This document shows, one piece after another, positions 48,809-56,401 of a DNA stretch of 64,000 nucleotides. Under the pieces are notes generated by a model. That model made no database searches. It saw only the letters and a list, made by a program, of their open reading frames with translations, and was not told the origin of the DNA. The DNA comes from Rickettsiales bacterium (GTDB lineage Bacteria; Pseudomonadota; Alphaproteobacteria; Rickettsiales; UBA1997), in the NCBI GenBank assembly GCA_038123275.1, contig JAYORG010000002.1, positions 10,083-74,082 of the forward strand, written 5' to 3'. Positions within the stretch are counted from its first letter, which is position 1; each line of letters opens with the position of its first letter. A program made the translations under genes and the position numbers.

Positions 48809-49261
48809 ATGGATAAATTTAAAAAATTACAACTAGATTTACTAGACAAAAAGTTTATTAAATTTAAAGAAATTAACCTTCCTAAAAAGGGCTGGATAAA
48901 TACTGTGCGCACTTCTTTGTCAATGACATTAGAGCAATTAGCAAAAAGGCTAGGGGTAAGCACTTCAGCGGTTTCTCAGTTTGAGCAAAGTGAAATACAA
49001 GAAAATATTAGCTTACAAACACTACAAAAAGTTGCCAACGCTATGAATTGCAAATTAAGCTATGTTTTTATCCCAAATAATAAATCATTTCATAGTATCA
49101 TTAAAGACCAAGCGCGTAAAAAAGCCAAAGAAATGGTCAAAGATGTTAATGATTCCATGGCTCTAGAAAATCACAAGGTTAAAAATAATACTGATTCCGT
49201 AAAATCTTTAACAAAAGAACTTTTAAAAGACTACAATTCAAAAATATGGTCAGATGATTAA
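48809..49261 (+). CDS. XRE-family HTH protein ('mobile mystery protein A' type)
   Basis: 150 aa; GWINTVRTSLSMTLEQLAKRLGVSTSAVSQFEQSE helix-turn-helix; 8-nt overlap with the downstream Fic gene, as in the mob_myst_A/B pair. Confidence 0.65.
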   Translation: MDKFKKLQLDLLDKKFIKFKEINLPKKGWINTVRTSLSMTLEQLAKRLGVSTSAVSQFEQSEIQENISLQTLQKVANAMNCKLSYVFIPNNKSFHSIIKDQARKKAKEMVKDVNDSMALENHKVKNNTDSVKSLTKELLKDYNSKIWSDD

Positions 49262-49838
49262 TTACATTTACAAAGAGGGTCAAACCCCCATAAACGAAGA
49301 TGAAAAGAATGACTTAATCCCAGAACTTAGCACCCAAGAAGAACTAAATAAATGGGAGCAAGAAAATATTCTTGAAGCACAAAAATGGCTTTTAGGAAAA
49401 TCTCTAACAAAAAGTAATATTTTTGATTCAACTTTCCTCAAAGAGCTTCACAATAAAATGTTTAACAAAACATGGAGATGGGCTGGAACTTACAGAAAAA
49501 CCAATAAAAATATTGGTTGCAAATTTTATCAAATAGACGCTCAAGTTAAAGAATTAAAAGGTGATACTACATTTTGGCTACAAAACAAAACCTACAGTAT
49601 TAAACAACTAGCTTTAGTCTATCACCATCGCCTAGTAAAAATTCACCTATTTCCCAACGGCAACGGCCGCCATTCTCGCCTTATGGCAGATTTAATCATA
49701 AAAAAATACCAAGGACAAAATCTAGAATGGCAAAACAAAAACTTTAAATCCTTTGACGATTTCAGAAAAGAATACATCTCATCCTTAAGAAAAGCCGATC
49801 ACTGCAACTACCAAAATCTATTCAATCTATTTGATTAA
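49254..49838 (+). CDS. Fic-domain protein ('mobile mystery protein B' type)
   Basis: 194 aa; Fic active-site motif HLFPNGNGRHSRL (HxFx[D/E/N]GNGRxxR). Confidence 0.8.
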   Translation: MINYIYKEGQTPINEDEKNDLIPELSTQEELNKWEQENILEAQKWLLGKSLTKSNIFDSTFLKELHNKMFNKTWRWAGTYRKTNKNIGCKFYQIDAQVKELKGDTTFWLQNKTYSIKQLALVYHHRLVKIHLFPNGNGRHSRLMADLIIKKYQGQNLEWQNKNFKSFDDFRKEYISSLRKADHCNYQNLFNLFD

Positions 49839-49993
49839 TTTATTAAATTATCAACTTTGCTAAAGTTATTCATCAAGGTTTTCCTAAAAGCATTGCAACG
49901 TCTTGGTACGTCCTTTGTCGGCTGCTCCCAGTCTCCAGTAATATATCCACAATTACTAGCAACTTTTTATTAATGTAAAAAGGAGCATAAATC

Positions 49994-50245
49994 ATGACAA
50001 CAACCCACAATCAAAACCTAAGCAAATCAGACAAAGAACTAATAATTATCATTTCAAAAATCCTAAATAAAGAGAAGAGGGAAGTGCTAAATTATTTAGA
50101 GCTATTTAACAACATAAACCCTGTTATTAGAAATTCGCTTCGTTCCTTATCAACAATGAATAAAGACCAAATTATCAGTACACATTTATCTTTAGAAGAT
50201 TTACTGAGATTTAATAAAGATATTGCAAGTTTAATGAAGAAGTAG
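49994..50245 (+). CDS. hypothetical protein
   Basis: 83 aa ORF with an unusually strong SD for this window (aaaaggagcataaatcATG); no recognisable motif. Confidence 0.35.
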   Translation: MTTTHNQNLSKSDKELIIIISKILNKEKREVLNYLELFNNINPVIRNSLRSLSTMNKDQIISTHLSLEDLLRFNKDIASLMKK

Positions 50246-50364
50246 AAATAAAATAATTTCTAAATATTTGTAAGACTAATATGAATAGAATTAAAGCAAA
50301 TAATAAAAAGCTTTACTAAAGCTGGTATCTAGTGTATTATGTTAATTGGCTAAATCATTAATCA

Positions 50365-51594
50365 ATGAGGTGTCTAATGAAAACATTTAGTAAAGGATTA
50401 GGAAGTTTGGTAAGATCAAGATTATCTAATATTAGGCCAGGAGTGGTTCTTGGTAAACCTAGATTTTTATCATACACTGTTGTTGCGCAATTGCCAAATT
50501 TATTAGCAAAAGCTATTAAAGATAATACTGTTAATAGTCCGGAGTCATTTTCAGATCACCTAGCAAGAGAGGCACCAAAATGTAAAGATTCACAAAAATT
50601 AATTACAGCATTAGACACATTTAAAAAAGATTCTGATCATACAGGGTTATTCATATCCGGATTTCCTTCTCATAACAAAGAAACAAAAAGTAGAATCAAA
50701 AAGGCAGAAGAAGAAAGTTTAAAACAAAGGTCAGATTTTGTTAATATGATAGCATATCTTACAAATAATGTTGTTTTTGGTGATTCTGCATTAAAAAAAG
50801 AAAAAGAAACAATACAAAAGGAATTATATCAAAGGTTAGTAAGTTCTATGAGCTTAATTACAGATAATGTTGATCTTGATCCTTTATATGATGCTGCAAT
50901 GATTAATTCTAAAAATAATAGTGATGTTGGAATATTTGATGATAGGGCAGTATTTAACCGTGGTGATCATTTACCACATCATATAGATCAAGTACCAGGT
51001 GGCATAATAGAGGCTGTCACATTATATGGTGTAGATTCTACAAGTTCTACAGTTACTTATACTATGGAAGTAGACGATATTTGTAAAAAATTATCTGATA
51101 AAACAAAAGAAATTTTATCACGTAAAATATTTTGTAATGATGTTGGTAAACCAGGAGCTTTTAGAGATCAAACACCATTTGCTGTATTAGTAAAGGATAA
51201 ATATGGAGCAATTCATATTAATATAAATTATGAACATCAATTTGCTTCTCCTGTTGTTTTAAATTCCGTTAGTGCTAAAGAAAGAGAAGAGGCATATGAA
51301 GCTTTATGGGAAGTTAGCAAGGTTGTTGATAAAATGGTTAAAGATAAGGAATGTCAGGAATTTATAATAAAAACAGGAGATTTATTAGTATCTAAAAATA
51401 CCAGACAATTACACGGTAGAAATAAAGTGCAAAAAGGTGAAAGAACATTGTTAAGAGGTCATTATTGTGGTGAAAAAGGTAAAGGGTTGATACCACTTAC
51501 ATATCTTGATGAAAAAGAGGTACAGTTACCAAGTTCTTCTGTAAAGAATGTTAATGTAGATACTAAAGAAATAAAAGAAGAAAAAGGAAGATAG
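50365..51594 (+). CDS. putative Fe(II)/2-oxoglutarate-dependent dioxygenase (TauD / clavaminate-synthase-like)
   Basis: 409 aa; HxD in LPHHIDQ; distal TGDLLVSKNTRQLHGRNKV...ERTLLRGHY matches the family pattern GDlli.dN.r.lHgR...R.L.R. Confidence 0.45.
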   Translation: MRCLMKTFSKGLGSLVRSRLSNIRPGVVLGKPRFLSYTVVAQLPNLLAKAIKDNTVNSPESFSDHLAREAPKCKDSQKLITALDTFKKDSDHTGLFISGFPSHNKETKSRIKKAEEESLKQRSDFVNMIAYLTNNVVFGDSALKKEKETIQKELYQRLVSSMSLITDNVDLDPLYDAAMINSKNNSDVGIFDDRAVFNRGDHLPHHIDQVPGGIIEAVTLYGVDSTSSTVTYTMEVDDICKKLSDKTKEILSRKIFCNDVGKPGAFRDQTPFAVLVKDKYGAIHININYEHQFASPVVLNSVSAKEREEAYEALWEVSKVVDKMVKDKECQEFIIKTGDLLVSKNTRQLHGRNKVQKGERTLLRGHYCGEKGKGLIPLTYLDEKEVQLPSSSVKNVNVDTKEIKEEKGR

Positions 51595-53157
51595 CTATTT
51601 AGCCTTCTTCATATTCTTCTTCCTTAAAGCTTCAAACTTACCAGCTTTTAATCGATCTACATAGCTAACAACTTCAGCTTTAATTAAGTTGCTCATAATA
51701 TACATACCAATCAAGTTAGGTACCGCCATAGAAAGGAATAATATGTCAGCAAAGTCAATAACAATACCAAGTTTAATCATGCCACCAATAAAGATGAATA
51801 TCATAAATGTAACATGACATATTCTAAGGCCTTTTCCTTTACTTAAATAAAGCCAAGCTTGTTGTCCATAATAGCTGTATGTTAGCATTGTTGAAAAAGC
51901 AAAAAGGAAAACCATAATTGATAATATGTATGGAAACCAAGGAGTTACAGTAGCAAATGCATCTCTGGTTATTAGTACGCCATCATTAATTCCAGTGCCT
52001 TGATAAACTCCTGTAACCACTATGACAATTCCTGTCATAAAACATATTACAATAGTGTCAATAAAAGGTTCTAATAAAGATATTGATCCTTCTCTAACAG
52101 GCTCTTTTGTTCTACCAGCAGCATGAGCAATTGGGGCGCTTCCAAGACCAGCCTCATTAGAAAATGCCGATCTTTTAATACCTTGAATAATTGCACCAAT
52201 TATACCACCATACATTGCACTACCTTTAAAGGCTGAGACAAACATTAAACAAACAGCATCTATTATTTTGTCATAATTATTAGTTAGTATGATTATGCAT
52301 GATAATACATAAATTATAGCCATGAAAGGAACTATCTTTTCAGCAATACTAGCAATTCTAGTAATTCCACCAATAAGTATAGCTCCTACAAGGGCAGTAA
52401 TAATTAGCACCAATGCAAATGTCGAGCTACTGCCCATACTAAAACTGTCAGAAATAATAACAACGCTTTGATTAGCCTGAAACATTAGCCCACCACCAAT
52501 TGCACCACCAACACAAAAAATAGCCGCTATAATTCCTAATATTTTACCAAGACGTGGCAACCCTTTTTCTTTTAATCCTTGCTCTAAATAATAAAATGAT
52601 CCTGCTAATAGGTGGCCATTTTTATCAAAGTTTCTATATTTTTGACCAAGCGTAACTTCAGCACATTTTGTAGACATGCCAAAAAATGCTGCAATCATCA
52701 TCCAGATAACTGCTCCTGGCCCACCAAGAGAAACTGCAATTGCAACACCAGCAATATTTCCTAAACCAACAGTTGCTGCAACAGCAGTAAATAAAGCTTG
52801 TAATTGAGTAATTTTACCAGGGGCATCAGGCTCAGCATATCTACCAAGAGCAACATCTATACCATGTTTAAAGAGTCTAATATTAACAAAATTTAATTTG
52901 ATTGTAAAAAATATTCCACCAGCTATTAACCAGGCAACCAAAACTGGCAGACCAAAAACATTAATATTTCTTACTGCACCAAAAATTTCATAATTTGCTC
53001 CTAAAAACAAAAAGGCTAAAAAGGATACCACCGGGCCAAAGAAACGTTCTAAATATAAAGTTGTAATTTCTGGCAATGACTGAGAAGAAGTGCTTGGGGC
53101 AATTATTATTAAAGAAATAATGCTAATGGCTAAAATTGCAAATATTATTCTTTTCAT
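51595..53157 (-). CDS. alanine/glycine:cation symporter (AGCS family)
   Basis: 520 aa polytopic; VGLGNIAGVAIAVSLGGPGAVIWMMIAAFFGMSTK, FSNEAGLGSAPIAHAA. Confidence 0.85.
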   Translation of the reverse strand: MKRIIFAILAISIISLIIIAPSTSSQSLPEITTLYLERFFGPVVSFLAFLFLGANYEIFGAVRNINVFGLPVLVAWLIAGGIFFTIKLNFVNIRLFKHGIDVALGRYAEPDAPGKITQLQALFTAVAATVGLGNIAGVAIAVSLGGPGAVIWMMIAAFFGMSTKCAEVTLGQKYRNFDKNGHLLAGSFYYLEQGLKEKGLPRLGKILGIIAAIFCVGGAIGGGLMFQANQSVVIISDSFSMGSSSTFALVLIITALVGAILIGGITRIASIAEKIVPFMAIIYVLSCIIILTNNYDKIIDAVCLMFVSAFKGSAMYGGIIGAIIQGIKRSAFSNEAGLGSAPIAHAAGRTKEPVREGSISLLEPFIDTIVICFMTGIVIVVTGVYQGTGINDGVLITRDAFATVTPWFPYILSIMVFLFAFSTMLTYSYYGQQAWLYLSKGKGLRICHVTFMIFIFIGGMIKLGIVIDFADILFLSMAVPNLIGMYIMSNLIKAEVVSYVDRLKAGKFEALRKKNMKKAK

Positions 53158-53241
53158 TAAATTTTGATTTTATTAAAAAGCGAAAACGCTATGAATTGTA
53201 AAATAACAATTTAGAGAGGCAATTAATTAATCTTAATATTC

Positions 53242-55026
53242 CTATTTTGACCACCAGCTATCAATACCAACAGAATAGAGCGGAGAAATTTTTGGCATTT
53301 GAAATTTATTTTTATATAAAATACGATAAGAATTATTATGCCATTGAGGTACTGTATAAAAGTTCCATAGCAAAATTCTATCTAATATTTTAGTATAAGT
53401 TTGAAGTTCTTTTTTATTTTTACTTTTAATAATTTTCCCTAACAAATAGTCAACTGCTTTATTGTCAACTCCACTTAAGTTTCTGCTACCTTTAATATTT
53501 TTTCCAGATGAGTGCCAATAAGCATATTGCTCATTTCCAGGTATTAGAGCTTGACCAAAAACAGTAACAATAACATCATAATCAAATTCATTAATTCTAA
53601 TTTTATATTGATTTTCATCAACCAACCTTATTTTTGCTGTTATGCCAAGTTTAGCTAAATTCTTTTTCATAGGAGCAATAACCATACTAAAAGATTTACT
53701 GCCAATTAAAAATTCTATCTCTAAAGCTTTATTAGTTTTTGGATCAATTAATTTTCCATCTTTAATAAAATATCCAGCATCTTCTAATATTTTCTTGGCT
53801 TTTAATAAATTTTTTCTGTCATACCCTGAAGCATCGCTTTGGGGATTTTGATAAATTTTATGAAAAGCATCGTCAGGTATATCATCTGGATATTGTTTTT
53901 TTAATTTTGTTAAAATTTTTAATTCTCTTTTTTCTGGCAAATTTTTATTAGCAAACTCTGTGTTAACAAAATAGCTATTGGTTCTTTTATAAGCCCCATA
54001 AAATATTTTGTTTCTTACCCATTCAAAATCAAAAGCATAATTTAAAGCTTCTCTTAATCTTTTATTTTTAAACTTGTCTTTACGTAAGTTTAGCACAAAA
54101 GCTTGCATACCAGTTGGTAATGAATGAGTAATTTCCTTTTTTATAATTTTACCATCTTTTACCTTATCAATATTGTAAGCTGTAGCCCAATTTCTAGAAA
54201 CATTTTCTTGTCTAAAATCAAAATTTCCTGCCTTAAATGCTTCAACTAAAATATTGCCATCTCGATAATAATCATAGCTAATTTCATCAAAATTATGACG
54301 TCCTTTATTAACTGGTAAGTCTTTAGCCCAATAATCTTTAACTCTTTCATATGTAATGGATCTACCAGCTTGCATCTTTTTTATTTTGTATGGCCCACTT
54401 GTTAAAGGTGTTTCTAAACTACTTTTATTAAATTTAATATTTTCATAATATTTTTTTGATATTACAGGAAGACCAGCAATTGTTGTAGGCAGCTCTCTAT
54501 TATTATTATTTTTAAAAATAAATTGAACTTTATGGCTATTAATTTTAACAGCTTTTTTAATATCTGCATAAACCATTTGATAGGATGGGTGGCCTTCTTT
54601 AGATATTTTATTAAAAGAGAAAATAACATCATCAGCAGTAATTTTTGAGCCATCGTGAAATTTAGCTTCTTTTCTAAGCTTAAAAATAATAGATTTTTTA
54701 TCTTCACTTAAATGAGCTGACTTAGCTATCAAGCCATATTTAGTAGAAATCTCATCTGCAGAATTTTCCATTAAACTATCAAATATCATCTCAATACCAG
54801 CAGCCGAAATACCTTTTAAAATAAAAGGATTAAGGCTGTTAAAAGTTCCTTCAACCCCATATTTTATATTGCCACCTTTAGGAGCATCAGGGTTTACATA
54901 GCTAAAATTAGTAAAATTGCTAGTATATTTTAAATCACCAAAAGTTGAAATGCCATGACTTGCAAAGGTGGCATTATTTATGCTGGAAAAAATAATTAAT
55001 AATGTTAAAAATATTCTGCTAAACAT
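53242..55026 (-). CDS. ABC transporter substrate-binding protein, family 5 (YejA-like)
   Basis: 594 aa; signal peptide; GDLKY...YVNPDAPKGGNIKYGVEGTFNSLNPFILKG, typical of YejA-type peptide-binding proteins; no permease/ATPase genes adjacent. Confidence 0.75.
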   Translation of the reverse strand: MFSRIFLTLLIIFSSINNATFASHGISTFGDLKYTSNFTNFSYVNPDAPKGGNIKYGVEGTFNSLNPFILKGISAAGIEMIFDSLMENSADEISTKYGLIAKSAHLSEDKKSIIFKLRKEAKFHDGSKITADDVIFSFNKISKEGHPSYQMVYADIKKAVKINSHKVQFIFKNNNNRELPTTIAGLPVISKKYYENIKFNKSSLETPLTSGPYKIKKMQAGRSITYERVKDYWAKDLPVNKGRHNFDEISYDYYRDGNILVEAFKAGNFDFRQENVSRNWATAYNIDKVKDGKIIKKEITHSLPTGMQAFVLNLRKDKFKNKRLREALNYAFDFEWVRNKIFYGAYKRTNSYFVNTEFANKNLPEKRELKILTKLKKQYPDDIPDDAFHKIYQNPQSDASGYDRKNLLKAKKILEDAGYFIKDGKLIDPKTNKALEIEFLIGSKSFSMVIAPMKKNLAKLGITAKIRLVDENQYKIRINEFDYDVIVTVFGQALIPGNEQYAYWHSSGKNIKGSRNLSGVDNKAVDYLLGKIIKSKNKKELQTYTKILDRILLWNFYTVPQWHNNSYRILYKNKFQMPKISPLYSVGIDSWWSK

Positions 55027-55054
55027 ATTTTTATTCTTTAAATACTATGCATTA

Positions 55055-56314
55055 ATGTCAATCATTAGATTACTAAAAATATTAGGACCAGGCATTATTG
55101 CAGCTTCAGCAGCAATAGGTAATTCGCATTTAATTCAATCAACAAGAGCCGGTGGTTATTTTGGTTTTGAACTATTATGGATAGTACTAGCTATCAATAT
55201 TTTAAAATACCCCTTTATTGAGTATGGCTCTAGATATACAGCGGCAACTGGTGAAAATTTATTAAAAGGGTATAAAAGGTTAGATCCAAAGTTACTAATA
55301 ATTTTTATTATTGTTAATATCATAGCAGCAATAGGGGCAATTGCAGTAACTTCTTATGTTTGTGCTGGCATTATGAAATCATCACTAAATTTGCCTTACG
55401 ATATTAAGTTTCTAGCATTTTTAGTAATGTCTATTTGTATATTTATCATAGCCATTGGTCATTACAAATATCTAGATCATATCATGAAGTTTTTTATGGT
55501 ATTTTTATTATTATCAACTTTTAGTGCATTATTTTTTGCTCTATCTAATTATCAATCATATTCTGGTGGTGAAGTTTTTTATCAAGAGTCAGTATGGAAT
55601 CCAAAGTATATTCCTTTTGTTATTGCTTTAATGGGTTGGATGCCTGGCCCAATAGAGCTTTCAGTATGGCATTCTTTATGGCTTGAAGCTAGAAATAAAA
55701 ATAATAAAAAAGCACTAACCTTTAAAGAATCAAAAATAGATTTTAATGTTGGTTATTTTTTAATGATTATTACAGCTCTAGTCTTTTTGTCTTTAGGAGG
55801 TTTAGTTCTTCATCATAGCGGTACAGAAATTTCAAGTAAGGCCAATATTTTTGCTTCACAATTCATAAATATATATTCTATAACAATAGGATCTTGGTCA
55901 AAAACTATTATTGCTATTGCTGTTTTAGCAGCAATTTTATCTACAACTTTAGCTGTAATTGATGTTTACCCAAGGTCAGTAGCTGTAGGTATCATGGTTG
56001 CAAGAGGTAAGGGTGAAGATAATAATTTAAAACAGTCACGAAATATTAGATTAGCTACAATTATCTTATTTTGCTTTATTTCTTATCTCATAATTTATTT
56101 TCTAGTAAGCAATTTTAAAACTTTAATTGATGTTGTAACCATTCTATCATTCTTATTTGCCCCACTTTTTGCTTACATGAATTATCGTCTAGTTACTTGT
56201 GATTTATTACCAGCTAAATACCAACCTAAAAAATGGTTAAAAGTTTTAAGCTATGCTGGCTTTATTTATATGCTAGTATTTTGCCTAATATTTTTTATTA
56301 GCTTTATCTATTAA
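55055..56314 (+). CDS. NRAMP-related divalent cation transporter (variant TM1 motif)
   Basis: Start set at MSIIRLLKILGPG (55055) to avoid a 59-nt overlap with the divergent SBP gene. LGPGIIAASAAIGNSHLIQSTRAGGYFGFELLW resembles NRAMP TM1 but lacks DPGN; GWMPGP in a later TM. Confidence 0.55.
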   Translation: MSIIRLLKILGPGIIAASAAIGNSHLIQSTRAGGYFGFELLWIVLAINILKYPFIEYGSRYTAATGENLLKGYKRLDPKLLIIFIIVNIIAAIGAIAVTSYVCAGIMKSSLNLPYDIKFLAFLVMSICIFIIAIGHYKYLDHIMKFFMVFLLLSTFSALFFALSNYQSYSGGEVFYQESVWNPKYIPFVIALMGWMPGPIELSVWHSLWLEARNKNNKKALTFKESKIDFNVGYFLMIITALVFLSLGGLVLHHSGTEISSKANIFASQFINIYSITIGSWSKTIIAIAVLAAILSTTLAVIDVYPRSVAVGIMVARGKGEDNNLKQSRNIRLATIILFCFISYLIIYFLVSNFKTLIDVVTILSFLFAPLFAYMNYRLVTCDLLPAKYQPKKWLKVLSYAGFIYMLVFCLIFFISFIY

Positions 56315-56401
56315 ACCCTAGACTTAAATTATTTTTTATGTTATTATGTTAACTAATTTAGTGATATTTTAGCTCAAACTTATTAATTAATTTTATTTGT
56401 C

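Noticed and set aside
54968-55054. N-terminal 29-codon extension of the NRAMP-like ORF, the 16-codon extension of gcvPA (46537-46584), and the TTG-initiated extension of the second LamG gene (40371-40388)
   Set aside because: The extensions overlap neighbouring genes or their stops and lack family-conserved sequence. The internal ATG starts reproduce the typical N-termini (MSIIRLLKILGPG, MRYLALTD, MVKNNKKTAFSAIE).
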